From: Podarcis filfolensis
Lineage: Eukaryota
Length of the DNA stretch: 64,000 nt
Assembly (NCBI GenBank): GCA_964270895.1
Contig: OZ185435.1
Strand: one strand, 5' to 3'
The position numbers were made by a program, and so were the translations under genes. The notes below the pieces were generated by a model. The model worked only from the letters and a program-made list of their open reading frames with translations, made no database searches and was not told the DNA's origin. Positions 1 through 15,300 of the stretch are shown piece after piece (the first letter of the stretch is position 1; every line of letters starts with the position of its first letter).

Positions 1-65
1 ATAATTCGCATTTGGGGAAAAGATGAAAATACTGAATATTAAATATAATAATAGAATTTACATAC

Positions 66-371
66 CAAGTATGTCTTTAGCTTGTACAGCTTCTGTCATT
101 TCAATGGGTTCACCTTGTCCAGCATAATTTATAGCAGCTACACGGAAGTAGTAATTGATTCCTGGCTGAAGGTGAGAAACAACATACTCTGTGGTTCGCA
201 CTTCTCCTCTTGCACTGACCAGAGTCCATTCTTCTTCTTCCCCTTCTCTCTTTTCAATAGCATAGCTGGTAATTGCACTTCCTCCATCATAGGCTGGTTT
301 AGTCCAGCTAAGCGTGACAGATGTCTTTGTAGTATCCACAACTTTTAGCTTAAGAGGTGGCCCAGGTTTTT
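66..371 (-). CDS. TTN: TTN exon ~334, Fn3 A130
   Basis: 306 bp, AG/GT flanks, [15 protein letters not shown]...AKDIL. Confidence 0.93.
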
Positions 372-3300
372 CTGCAAAATGCAAGTAACAAAAATGAGAC
401 TTGACAACCCTGACAACTAATAGCAATAACTTAGAGCAATATATGCCCTTACACAGTTTCAAGAATGTGTATAATTTGACCTTTGCATTTTTGCACAATC
501 AAATGAAAGGTTTCTTACCTATAGGATCTTCAGCTTTGTAGAAGTCCGATGCATCAGAGAAGGGACCTTGCCCAGCTGCATTCACAGCAGAAACTCTGAA
601 CTGATATTCACTGTTTTCTGTTAGTCCCGTCACTTTCTGCCTGGTGTCACGAATGGTTTCTTTAGACACCTTGAACCAGCTTAGACTCTTCTTATCACGT
701 TTCTCAAGGTAATATCCATTTATCTCGCTACCACCATCTACAGTTGGCCTGCTCCAGACTATGGTCATAGACTGTTTAGTTATCATGGAGGCCTCTGGTA
801 TACCAGGTTGTCCAGGTGTAACTGCATTTTTATTGAAACAAAAATAACATTAGGTCAATATAAACTAATAGGTAATCACCTAGAGATAATAAAAAAGGTA
901 TTTATGGCCATCTGCTTTAACTTACCAAATGCATTTTTAGCTATGACAGTGTCAGATTCCAGTGGTTCACCAACACCAAATTTGTTTACACCTCGTACAC
1001 GGAATATATATTCATTTCCTTTTATGACTTTTGTGGTAGTGACAATGCACTCTTCAAGTTTTTCTGAAACCACAGACCATACCACACGGCTTGTCTCACG
1101 TTTCTCAACAATGTAATGTGTTACAGCAGCACCTCCATCATCTGCTGGCGGTTGCCACATAAGGGTAATCTTTTCTGCGGTGACAGTTTTGAAATGTATA
1201 GGTCCACCTGGTGGTCCTGGTTTATCTGTTTAATATGCAAGAAAATTATATATTTTAAATAGGCAATAATGGATACAGCTAGTTGAATTGACAGACGAAA
1301 ACAATATGAAAATGCTCCAAACATACCAAGTATCTGTACCCTAATGGTGGCAGATGCAGAACCCATGGCATTCTTTAATTTCAGTTCATAACTTCCACTG
1401 TTAATACGAGTTGCTTCTTTGATCAGTATAGCTGAAAATTCTGTGGTGTTTTCAATAGATACCTGGGCACTGGTATGTATTTCTTTACCATTGTGGAACC
1501 ACTCAATTGTAGGAACAGGCTTTCCTGAGATGCCAAGTTTCAGTTTAATTGCCGTGTCTGCTTTGTATTTGACTACTTCTGTATATTCTGGGGGTACATC
1601 AATTTCAGGTGCACCTTAATGAAAAAGAAGTGGAATAGAAAATATATTAACATTTTTGAAATTATCAGAAAGACTGATAACAAAGCAGCATTCAGTGCCA
1701 AATAATAATTTCCTAGTATCCTCTGATAGTGAAAGGCAAGCTTGAAACAGTACTGTGCTGCCCAGCTAAGGCCCCTGAATTCAAATTAGAATTTCTGTTA
1801 ACAGTATTTACTTTAAACTCAAACATATAACTGGATATCAGTGTTTATGCATTATTAATTTCTTACCATATGTATCCACGCATGTTATAGGGCCTAAAAC
1901 ATCAGATGGATTGCTAATTGAACCAGCAGCATTCTTAGCAAAAACACGGAATTCATATTGGGAGTTTTGAGTCAATCCTGATACAGTGAAATTAGTCTCA
2001 ATGACATTGGTGAAGCTTGCTTTTGTCCATCTTCCATTTGGAAGATCACGTTTCTCAACAATATATCCAGTAATTTTGCTGCCACCATCAAAAGCTGGCT
2101 GTGTCCAAGAAAGATTGACAAATGTTTTGGAAATATCTTTGACACGAAGGGTTCTTGGCGGCTCTGTAGTATGAAACAGCAACAACATTTGGAATTAATG
2201 TGTTCATTCAACAATGACTCACCAAATAAATATTTTCTACTAAATTCATTATTTGAAATATGATTCTTATGCTTTACTACAGACTACATACCACAGGCAT
2301 CTATAGCAAGAACTGCATCAGATGGATGGCTTGCTTTTCCAATACCAGCTGCATTTTCTGCATACACTCTGAACTCATAAATGAGACCGGCGGTGATATT
2401 GGAGGCCTTGAAGTGAGTTGTGCGTATAATCATTTTGTTAGCTTTCTTCCATAAAATACTGTTCCTGTCCTTCATTTCCAAATGGTAGCCAATGACTGCA
2501 CTGCCTCCATTGGAAACAGGTTCATGCCATCCAACAACGATGCTTTCTCGAGTCACGTTGGTGATCCATGGTGTGGAAGGTGGTCCAGGGGGTGCTAAAT
2601 GAATATTAAGTACAGGTTAATAAATCATAAATAAATAAATATAAATCATAATAAATGCCTGAAAAACTCAGAAAACGAGCAAACAAAAAGTCACTTACTG
2701 TAAGGAAGCTTAACAGTTATACATGCTGAGTCAATATGGTCACTTATGCCAAAGCGATTTTCTGCTTTAATACGGAATTGATATTCTTCTCCTGTTGTAA
2801 GTTTCGTGATCTTAATCATGTTTCTAGCAATAGTTGCAGACACTTCAGACCACACAGCAGTGCTTGTTTCTCTTTTCAGTACGATGTAGTTGGTAACTTG
2901 ACTTCCGCCATCATAACGAGGTGGCTCCCACTTAAGGGTAAGACCTTGTTCAGAGATATCACTTACAACAACAGGACCAACTGGAGGGCCTGGTCTGTCT
3001 AGGACAACAATCTTAAGGAAAGATTTAGTAGTTCCACTGGAGTTGGAAGCTGTGATGTCATATCTACCAGAATCAGTAGCCACACTTTCTTTGAGATTAA
3101 CGATGACACTTTCAGCTGTGGTTTCAGTGTTAAACCTCATCGTTGGTTTGAGAGGAATGCCGTCCCTGGATAAAGTCACCTTTGGCAATGGTCTTCCAGA
3201 AATTGGAATCTCTACCTTTAGGTTTGAACCTGCTCTTACATAAACGGTGTGGTTCGGGAAACCTTTCATGTCCACTTCAGGAGATTCTGAAAAAATACAT

Positions 3301-6300
3301 TTGCAAAATGTTAAAAACAATAGTTTTCAAGTGCATTTTCATATCAATTTGTATGAGCTCTATGCTAACTATTCGTTATTTATTAATTAAAACTATTTCC
3401 ATACCACCTTTCATGTAAACATCACAAGGCAGTATACACACACACATTAAAATTACATCAAAACTTAAAGAATAAGTAAAATACCAGTCAACTTTAGATC
3501 AAAACAGACATGTTATTATGATTCAACTGGTATCAACATGCAGCAAAGGACTGGGAGAATAAAGTTTTTAGCAAATGCCAAATTGCCATCAGTGTCACCG
3601 AGGTGATTCCAAGGAGAATGCACCATTTCCACATACCTAGTTGTTCTTTAACTGTAACGGCATGAAGAAGCTCTTTGGGGTCACTTAGACCAGCTTGGTT
3701 TTCAGCAAATACTCTAAAGAAGTACTCCGCATTCTCCTTGAGACCCTGGACAATATGATGAGTTGTCTTGACTACAGCACATCTGACCCATTTCTGCTGC
3801 CCTTTCTCTAGGGCTTCAACAAGATAGCCGACAACTCTGCTTCCTCCATCATGTTCTGGCTTCAGCCACACAAGAGATACACTATCTTTAGTAACGTTTG
3901 ATACTCCCAGTTTTTCGGGTGGACTTGGTTTTTCTGAAAAATAAAGAGAAGATGGTCAATAAATGAATAAATAGAAGATGAATCGAGAGCAAATGTGTCA
4001 TATGCATTCCACTTAATTTTAATGTATTCAGCAAGCACATATTTTCCACAGGAAAGCAGTACATTTTAATAATACTAATACTAATACTACTACTACTAAT
4101 AATAATTTATACCCCGCTCATCTGGCTGGGTTTCCGCAGCCACTCTGTGCGGCTCCCAATCGGATATTAAAAACACAACACAGCATTAAACATTAAAAAC
4201 TTCCCTAAAACATCCCTAAATAGGGAAGTTTTATCTTGCATGCCTATATTAAAATATTATTAGAGTTATTAGGTGTTTTCAAGACACCTAAAAATTTGAT
4301 TACTGCCTTACAATAAATTCATAACAGTAATATAAGCATTACACATTAAGACTAAAGTCCTGTGAACAATTAGTGTGCATGTGTATGCACTCACATGCAT
4401 ATATAATGAACATATTTTAAAGAACAAACCTGTTATTTTCACTCCATCCTTTGTTTCAGTTGGGACTCCAACACCAAACTCGTTTTCTCCAGAGACTCTG
4501 AAGTAATAAATTCCACCTTCTTGCAGATTGGTAACTTTGTAGGAAAGACGATGGCAATTGTTGGTTACAGTGACCCAAGCTTTCTTGCTTGCTTCTCGTT
4601 TTTCAATATAATAGTTCTTCACAGGAGCACCTCCATCGTTCTCAGGAGCTTCCCAAGATAACACGGCTGATTCTTTTGTGACATCTTTTACAATGATATT
4701 AGATGGAGGTCCCGGTGAGTCAAGCACTTTGACAACTAATGTCAAAGTAGCTGTGCTTACAATATTTTGCAATGTTAGTGTATACTTTCCAGAGTCATTC
4801 CTTGTTGCTTTTTCAACAGTAATTGAGGTGCGGTTATCTGAAGTATCAATGCTTGCTCGAGTACGAAGGTCAGTATCTGGCTTGCTCCACATTACATTAG
4901 GGATAGGCTTTCCTCTGAAAGGTACAGTCATTGTAAATGAGCCACCAGCTTTCACGACTAAAGTCTTTCTCATTTCATTGTCAATATCAAATGCAGGCTC
5001 TTCTTCCCTTTCTTTTGCCACCTGAGGTTCTGAAACATCACTTGGATCACTAGTGCCAACCTTGTTGATAGACCTTACTCTGAAAACATATTCAGCTCCT
5101 GATGTAAGACCTATTACAGTGTATTCTGTACCTCTTAAGCTTTGAATAGCAGTTGACCAATCAGTTTCACTGGTTAGCTTGTATTCAACTGTGTATCCAG
5201 TAACAGGAGCACCACCATCAAATAATGGCTTTGTCCATCCAATTGTTATATGTGACCTTGTAGAGTCCACAATCTTAGGCCTAGATGGAGGTGATGGAAG
5301 GAAAACAGGATCTTCTGCTTTAATAAGTGGTGAAGTATCACTAGGAAGACTAAGACCTGCAGCGTTTTCTGCAAATACCCGATATTCATATTCACATCCT
5401 TGCCGAAGGCCTGAAGATTTTACCCTTAGATCAAAAACGGGCTTTTTGTTCACACGTATCCACCTCAGGCTGTTTTTCTCACGCCTTTCAATCACATATC
5501 CAGAAATTTCATTACCTCCATCACTGTCAGGTCTTGCCCAGCAAATAGTCATGGACTCCTTTGTCACACTAGTAATCTCTAAAGATGTAGGTGGGCTTGG
5601 AACAGTAAATGGATCAAGGGCCTTGACAGCTTCACTTTCCAAAGGTTCACCAACACCATACTTGTTAACCCCCATCACTCTGAAGATGTATTCATTTCCT
5701 CTAAGTAGTTTTGTCACTTTGCAGGATGTTGTTGGATGCTCTGCTTCACAAAGAGTCCATGCAATTCTACTGGTCTCACGCTTTTCCACAATATAATAGT
5801 CAATCTCTGCACCTCCATTTTCTTGAGGCGGTCCCCATGACAGATGACATTTTTCAGCAGTAAGTCCTTTGATTTCTAGTGGGGCTGCTGGTGGACCAGG
5901 TCTATCAAGTACTTTGCAATTGACAGCCAATGATCTAACTCCAGCAACATTTTGTAATGTTAGCACATATTGCCCTGAATCACGTCGAATGCAGTCTTTG
6001 ACAGTTATTGCAGTAGTGCTATCAGTTGAAACAATTTCAACTCTTGCTTTCTCTTCAATGTCTTTGCCATCCTTTGTCCATGAAACTACTGGTAAGGGTC
6101 GCCCTGCAATATCGGCATTGATTTTCAAGATCTCTCCAGCTTTAACAACAACAACATCCCTGAATTTGACATCCATCATAATTCTTGGAGCCTCAACATC
6201 ATCCTTTACAGTCACTGGCCCAGTTGATTCAGATGGCTCACTAAATAGTCCAGCAGCATTCCTTGCAATTACATGGAATTCGTATCGCTGGTCTTCAGTA

Positions 6301-9300
6301 AGTCCTGTAACATCAAAGAAAGTTTCTTGCACATTGGTGAAGTTGCACTTCAGCCAACGACCATCTGGTAATTCTTTCCGCTCTATAATATAGCCTGTGA
6401 TCTTAGCACCACCATCATATTCTGGTTTGGTCCATTTGAGTGAGACACATGTTCTTGTAATGTTAGTCACTTCTGGTTGGCCAGGAGGATCACATGGGTC
6501 CCTTGCAGCAACAGGCTCACATGATTTGCTACATTTACCTATTCCTACAATATTTTCTGCATACACACGATATTCATACATTAGTCCTTCATCAAGGCCT
6601 GTGACCTTCATCTGTGTGTCACTTATAAGGGTTTTATTTACTTTAGTCCAAAGGATGCTGCTTCTTTCTTTACGCTCAAGGTGATAACCAAGTACTCTGC
6701 TACCTCCGTCATTAACTGGCTCTTGCCAGGTTACAACCATGAAGGCTTTAGTTGCGTGTGTTACTCGGGGAGTACCAGGTGGTCCAGGAAGACTAAATGG
6801 ATACTCTGCAACAACAGGTGCAGTTTCAACGAAAGTGCTCCTGCCATAGCGATTTTCTGCAGAAACACGGAATTGATATTCTGATCCTGTGGTTAAGCGA
6901 ATTATTTTTATCGAAGTTCGTGCAACTGCCGCAGACACTATACTCCATGTTGTAGTAGTTGTTTCTCTCTTCTCCACAATATAATTATTAATTTGACATC
7001 CACCATCATACTCTGGGGGTTTCCAAGATATGCTTACATTATCATTGCTGACATTGTCAATATGCAATGCTGTTGGAGGTCCTGGCTTGTCCAGTACAAT
7101 TACAGTAATGGAAGCTGTTGTAGAGCCAGCACTGTTTGAAACATTTAATTCATAACTCCCTACATCTTCTTTCAATGCTTCCTTGATTGTTAGTGAGGTT
7201 GATGTCTTTGATGTGTGGACATTTACCCTTGTTGTCTCTCTTAAAGGCAGTCCATCTTTCTTCCAGCTAACTGATGGAACTGGCCTTCCTCTGATGGGCA
7301 CATCAATCTTAAGATCTTCACCAGCTTTAACACTGAAAGTATTGAAAAGGAGCTCAACTGAAGGCTGGATTTCAATATCCTTCGCAACTACTGGAACCCC
7401 AAGCTGTCTTGGATCACTCTTCCCTTTTTCGTTGACAGCACATACTCGGAAAGTGTATTCTTCTCCCATACTTAATCCTGATACTGTTGCTTCTAATGTT
7501 TTAACTTGTGTGCAGGTGCTCCATTTTTCACTTCCTTTAGTTTGCATTTCTACTACATAGCCAGTTATTTTACTGCCACCATCACTCTCAGGTTTCTCCC
7601 ATTTAATAGTAGCAGTGTGGCGTGTAACATCAACAAGGGTAACTTTTCCAGGTGGATAGGGTGGTTCAGAAGCCTTAACTGGTTCAGTTGTTTCTGCTGG
7701 CAAACCAACTCCATATTCATTTGCCGCCAAGACACGGAAGCAGTAACTACATCCTTCCTGTAGCTGATCAATTCTGAAGACATTCTTGGCACAGTTATTT
7801 GTAATAGTGGCATATGCCTTTCTTGTGGTTTCTCGTTTTTCAATGATGTAATTTGTAATTTTAGCACCACCATCAATAAGTGGGGGCTCCCAAGCTAATG
7901 TCACTGAATCTTTCTTCACTTCTCTGATGTTCAAGTTCACAGGTGCACTTGGTGTATCAAGCACTCTCACGTTAACAAAAGCAGATTTTTTGCCACTATT
8001 GTTTTCTAAGGTCAGGTTATATCTACCACTGTCAAATCTGCTTACATTATCAATGACCAACATTGTATATGAACTGGTAGCCTCAATCTGGGCTCTGTCG
8101 CTCAGAGTGCCTTCTGCTTTCTCCCACTTTACTTCTGGCTCTGGCCTCCCTTTGATAGTGACAAACAAGCGCAATGTGCCACTAGCACGTACGGTGACAA
8201 CTTTTCTGAGATCTGCATCAAGTTCAATTTCAGGAGGTTCAATTTTTTCAGCAGCAACAACACTACCGGGTATAGTTGCTGGTTCTCCAACTCCTTCAGA
8301 GTTCATAGCACAGATGCGGAAATTATACTCACTATTCTCTTTAAGTTTTTCTACTGTGAATTGCTTTCCTTGTAAACCTGATGGAGGTGTGCAAGTTGTC
8401 CATTCATCAGCAGTAGCTTCTTTAAATTCCACAATGTATCCTTTAACAGGTGCACCACCATCGTAAATGGGCTTGTTCCATGCAAGGGACACAGATGATC
8501 TGGAGGTATCTGTCACCTTTGGATTGCTTGGAGGGCCTGGTGGATACACTGCATCACAGGCTCGATAGAAAACTGATGGTTCACTAGGTTCACCAACACC
8601 AGCAGCATTTTCAGCAGAAACCCTAAATTCATAGAAATGGCCATCTGTAAGTCCAGTTACTCTGAGTCTTAAGTCTGTTAGTCTCTTCTTATTGCACTTG
8701 GTCCACCGAATACCATCTTTGTCTCGCTTTTCTAGTATGTACCCTTCAATTTCAGCACCACCATTATCCTCTGGACGACCCCAGGTTACAATCATAGAAT
8801 CTTTTGTTATTGCAGAAACTTCAGGTATTGAAGGAGGGCCTGGAGGTTTGTATGGATTACATGCCAACACAGGCTCGGATTCCAGTGGTTCACCAATTCC
8901 ATATTTGTTGACAGCCATTACACGGAAAATGTACTCATTGTTTGGAAGAAGCCTGGTTACTTTGTGGTTCAGAGCTTGCACATCAGATGCCACTTGTGTC
9001 CATGAAAGTCGACTTGTCTCTCTCTTTTCTATAATATAATGTGAAATGTTAGAGCCACCATCGTGTAAAGGTGGTCCCCATGCCAGATAACACTTTTCTG
9101 CAGTCACACCTGTAACTTTCAAAGGACCTTCTGGAGGTCCAGGTCTGTCAAGTACTTTTACAGTGATTGGTATAGACTTTGTGCCACCAACATTGCTCAG
9201 TTTAAGTGTATAAATGCCTCCATCCACTCTGATGCAATCTTTGACTGTGAGGGTTGTTCTCTCAATGGTAGACTTAATTTCCATTCTTGCAGTTGCTCCT

Positions 9301-12300
9301 TCAAATTCTTTTCCATCTTTCGACCATATAATATCAGGAATGGGTTTGCCATGGATGTCAGCCTCAAGAGCAAATGTTTCTCCAGCATGAACAACAATGA
9401 CATCTTTGTATTTTGGATCCAGTGAAGCTCTTGGAGCTTCAATTTCATCTCTGGCAATAATTGGTCCTGTGCTTTCAGATGGTTCACTTATGCTACCAGC
9501 TGCATTTCTTGCAATTACTCTGAATTCATATCGTTGGTCTTCCACAAGACCAGTTACTGTGAACTCTGTTTCTGTTACATTTGTAAAACTGGCTTTCATC
9601 CAACGACCTTCAGGAAGTTCTCTCTTTTCCACAACATATCCAGTTATTCTGCTGCCACCATCATATTCAGGTTTTTTCCATTTTAGTGTTATATAATTTC
9701 TTGTAATAACAATGGCATCTGGACGGCCAGGTGGATCACAAGCATCTCGAGCAACATACAGTTCAGATGATTTGCTAACCTTACCTATGCCAACAATATT
9801 TTCAGCGGCAACTCTGAACTCATATTCAAGACCTTCCTCAAGGCCATCTGATTTATATTTTGTGTCCTGAATGAGGGCCTTATTCAATTTTGTCCAAAGA
9901 ATGCTGTTTTTATCTTTACGTTCTAGATGATAACCAAGAACTTTGCTTCCTCCATCATTAACTGGTTCATTCCATTGTACTATCATATGATCTTTGGTAG
10001 CGATGCTGACAAATGGTGTTCCTGGTGGACCTGGTTCTTTGTAGGGATATTGAACAAGAACTGGCTTAGAATCCAGTGCGGTGCTCTTTCCGTATCGGTT
10101 TTCAGCACTAATTCTAAACTGGTATTCACTACCCGTTTTAAGGTTTGTTACTTTAATAGTTGTTCTTGCAACAGTCGCTGAGACCATCTGCCAGGTAGTG
10201 GTAGTAGTGTCACGCTTCTCTACAATGTAATTGGATATTTGACAGCCACCTGTGTATGCTGGTGGTTCCCATGACAGAACAACAAAATTTGAGCTAACTT
10301 CATCAAAGCGGACAGGTCCTTGTGGTGGGCCAGGCTTCTCTAGCACAATTATATTAAGATGTTCTGCTGCTGTGCCTGCAGTGTTGGTTACTGTCACAGT
10401 ATATTTACCGAAATCATCCTTGCTGCTTTCTTTAATATACAAAGTAGTTGATGTAGGTGTATCTTCAACATGTAACCTGGTTGTCTGTCTTAGAGGCTGA
10501 CCATCTTTTTCCCATGTGACAGTAGGCTTTGGTCGAGCTATAAAGGGTATTTCTACTTTAAGGTCTTCTCCAGCTTGGACAGTGTATGTATTGAACATTA
10601 GTTTGATATTTGGCTGAATGGTCAGATCTTTGGCAATCACAGGAACTGCCAGTGGTCTAGGGTCACTCTTGCCTTTTTCATTGTATGCCATGACACGGAA
10701 TTGATATTCATGTCCAGAACTCAAACCAGACACAACTGCATTACAGACTTTGGTTTCAGTAACAACACTCCATTTATCAGTTCCTTTTGGCTGCATTTCA
10801 ACAACGTACCCCACAATTCTGCTACCTCCATCATGTTCAGGCTTTTCCCACATAAATGATGCACTTCTCTGAGTCACATCAGTGAGAGTCACTTTTCCAG
10901 GAGGCAAAGGTGGTTCTGAAGCTTTTGAGGCATCTGCAGTTTCAACTGGAACACCAATTCCATATTCATTTTCAGCCATTACTCTGAAATAATAAATTGC
11001 CCCTTCAATAAGGTTATCAACTCTAAAACTTGTTTTGCTGCACTTTGTGCTCACATTTGCATATGCTTTTCTGGTTGATTCGCGTTTATCAATCACATAG
11101 TTCTTTATCTTTGCCCCACCATCATTAGCTGGAGGCTCCCATGTTAGTACAGCATAATTTTTCCTTATTTCTTTGACTACTAAATTTTGCGGTGGTCCCG
11201 GTGTGTCAAGTACTTTAACTGTGACAAATGCAGACTTAGAGCCACTGCTGTTCTCCAGTTTAAGGATATATTTTCCAGCATCATTTCTATCACAGTAATC
11301 AATGGATAACTGTGTGTAATTCAGGCCCTTTTCAATTTGAACCTTATCTGTAAATTCTCCTTCTTCTCGAGACCACATGATTTCAGGAGTTGGGCGTCCT
11401 TTGAAAGGTATGTTTATCCTGACAGATCCACCAGCTCTAACCACAATTCCCTTCCTTAATTCTGAGTCAATATCAAGTTCAGGTGGCTCAAGTTTATCTT
11501 CTGGTTTAACTGTGCCAGGAACTGCTGCAGCTTCACCTACTCCAATTTTGTTAAGAGCACAAACTCTAAGTTTGTATTCTTGATGTTCAATGAGTTTCTT
11601 GATCTCAAAGCGATTGACTCTCAGACCAGTCTGTGGGGTAACTATTGTCCATTCTTCTTCATCAGCTTTGCAGATTTCTACAATATATCCCAGGATTTCA
11701 CTGCCGCCATCATAAATAGGCTTACCCCATGCTACTGTAATTGAATTCTTGGTAGTATCCACAGCATGAGCATTAGTGGGTGGGCCAGGTTTGAACATAG
11801 GGTCACACGCTTTCCAAAAGGGAGTGATTTGGCTTGGCTCACCAACTCCAGCAGCATTTTCAGCAGATACTCTAAATTCATATTCATGATCTTCTGCTAA
11901 TCCTGTGACTCTTAATCGCAGGTCTGTAATTCGACGTTTGTTACATTTCACCCATCTGATACCAGCTCTGTCCCTTTTTTCGACAATGTAGTTAACTATT
12001 TCACTGCCACCATCACTATCTGGACGATGCCAGCAGATGGTCATGGAATCCTTTGTAACGTTGGTTACTTCAATGGATTTTGGTGGACCAGGAACAACAA
12101 ATGGATTTTTCATTAATACTGGTGCAGACTCCAGAGGCTCCCCAACTCCATATTTATTAACTGCCATTATGCGGAAGATATACTCATTTCCTTCCAGAAG
12201 TTTTGTTACTTTCAGCATTGTGGCTACAGCATCTGAAGCAACAACTGTCCATGCAAGGCGACTTGTTTCTCTCTTCTCAATTATGTAGTGAGAAATGTCA

Positions 12301-15300
12301 CTGCCACCATCATGGATCGGTTGCGCCCATGTTAAGGAACACTTGTCAGCAGTAACTCCAGAAACTTGAATACTCTCTGGAGGTCCTGGTCTGTCCAGTA
12401 CTTTTACTGTTATTGGTACTGATTTTGTTCCTGCAACATTAGAGGCCTGCAAAATATATTGCCCGCCATCAACACGTATGGCATCTTTAACAGTAATCAA
12501 GGCCTTAAAGTCTGTATTCCTTACTTCACATCGGGCAGTATCTTCAAGTACTTTATCTCCTTTCAACCACAGAATAGTGGGAATTGGCTTTCCATGGACA
12601 TCAGCCTCAAGTTTGAATGTTTCTCCAGCGTTTACAACAATTGCATCTTTGTATTTGGGATCCATGGAAATTCTTGGAAGCTCAACTTCATCTTTTGCCG
12701 TTATTGGTCCTGTACTATCAGATGGCTTGCTTACTGCTCCAGCGGCGTTCCTTGCAATGACTCTAAATTCATATCGTTGGTCTTCAGTAAGGCCTGTTAC
12801 GGTAAACTGAGTTTCAGTTATATTGGTGAAGCTTGCTTTCATCCAACGACCTTCAGGCAAATCACGTTTCTCTACTACGTAGCCTGTAATTTTGCTGCCA
12901 CCATCATATTCTGGCTTTGTCCATTGCAGAGTAATTGAACTTCTTTTAACAATAATAGCTTCAGGGCATCCTGGAGGATCACAAGGGTCACGCGCTACGT
13001 AACACTCAGAAGCTTTGCTTGCTTTGCCAACACCAACAATATTTTCTGCAGCCACTCTAAATTCATACTCAATGCCTTCTTCAAGGTTAGATGTTTTGTA
13101 ATGTGTGTCTTGAATAACTGTCTTGTTTACCTTTGTCCACAAAATGCTGTTTCTTTCCTTTCTTTCAAGATGATAACCTAAAATTTTACTTCCACCATCA
13201 TTTACTGGTTCATGCCATTGCACAACCATAGAGTCCTTTGTAACTGTTGTCACAAATGGTGTGCCAGGAGGACCTGGTTCTTTATAGGGATACTGAGCAA
13301 CAACTGTGTCAGACTCCAGGGCAAAGCTCTGCCCGTATCTATTTTCAGCAAATATTCTAAACTGATATTCTGATCCAGTTTTGAGCTTCATCACCTTGAG
13401 AGTGGTTCTTGCAACGGTAGCTGAAACTGTTTCCCATACGGTGGTGGTTGTATCTCTCTTATGAACAATGTAGTTAGTGATTTGGCAGCCACCTGTGTAT
13501 AGTGGAGGGTTCCATGATAATGTAATACTTTCAGCACTAATTTCATCAAATTTAACAGGGCCTTTTGGAGGATCAGGCTTGTCTAGTGTTATAATTTCAA
13601 CAGCTGCAGATTTCTGTCCAACAACATTAGCAACTGCAATTTCATACGCCCCACTGTCTTCTTTAGTGACCTCTTTAATACTCAGCACAGTAAGTTTAGG
13701 TGAATCGATGACATTAACTCTAGTTGTCTGTTTTAATGGCATGCCATCTTTGGTCCAAGTAATAGTAGGTGTAGGTCGACCAGATATTGGTATTTCCACC
13801 TTTAGGTCTTGCCCCACTTGTATACTGTAACTGTGGAATGCTGGTCGTACATCTGGTTCAATAACTAAATCTTTGGCTGTTATTGGAACAGCAAGGGACC
13901 GTGGATCACTCCTACCCTTTTCATTTACAGCCATTACCCTGAAGAGATAATCTTGTCCTTGAGATAAGTTAGTAACAAGTGCTTCAAGAACTTTCACACG
14001 CGTACATTCTGACCATTTTTCACTGCCCTTAACTTGCATTTCCACTATGTATTGCAAAATTTTGCTTCCACCATCATGTTCAGGCTTAGCCCAGCTTAAT
14101 GAAACGCTGTTTCTTGTCACATCGTCCACTGTTATCTTTCCTGGAGGTTGAGGAACTTCAGCAACTTTAACTGGGTCACTTGTTTCTGCAGGCAGGCCAA
14201 TTCCAAATTCATTCTCTGCGCAAACTCTGAAGTAATAATAGCAGCCCTCCTGAAGTTGAGCCACTTTCCACGATGTCTTGTGGCAGTTTGTCACAACAGC
14301 AGCATATGCTTTCCTTGTGGCTTCACGTTTTTCTATTATATAATTTTTAATTTTAGCTCCACCGTCTATCGAAGGAGGTTCCCAGGCAAGTGACACCGAG
14401 TCTTTGGTGATTTCCTTAATTTTCAGGTTCACTGGGGGGCCTGGGGTATCTAGGACTCTTACACTGACGAAGGCAGACTTAGTTCCACCACTGTTTTCTA
14501 AAGTAAGAGTGTATTTTCCAGAATCAAATCTGTTAACGTTGTCGAGAACCAGCGAGGTGAAGCTGCTAGTGCTGTCAATAACAGCTGCCTCTCTGATGTC
14601 ACCATCCACCTTGCTCCATTTTATTTCGGGTGTTGGGCGTCCTCTGATTGGAACAAATAATCTTAAGGAGCCACCAGCTCTTACATTGATAACCTTCCTC
14701 AGTTCCAAGTCAAGATCAAGGTCTGGAGCTTCCAGCTTCTCTTCGACAACAATAGTTCCAGGAACGTCGGCATGCTCTCCTACTCCTGCTTTGTTAACAG
14801 CACAAATGCGGAATTTATATTCATGCTTCTCCTGCAATTTTTCTACTTCCATATTTGTTTTCTTAATTCCAGTTGGTGGTGTACAAATTGCCCAGTCCCC
14901 AACACTCACATCACATTTTTCAACAATGTATCCTTGGATTTCTGAGCCACCATCATAGATTGGTTTACTCCAGGAGAGGAAAACTGAAGATCTTGTAACA
15001 TCTATTGCTTTGGGATTGTTGGGAGGACCTGGTTTGTATATAGGGTCACAAGCCTTATGATAAACAGAAGGTAGGCTTGGCTCACTGAGGCCAGCTGCAT
15101 TTTCAGCCGAGACTCTGTATTCATAATTATGATTTTCTATAAGTCCAGTAACTCGGTATCGAAGTTCACTTATCAAACGCTTGTTACATCTTGTCCACCG
15201 AATGCCTTCTTTATCACGTTTTTCTAGTACATAACCCAAAATTTCACTGCCACCATCAGAGGGTGGTCTTTCCCATACGACAATCATAGAATCCTTGGTA

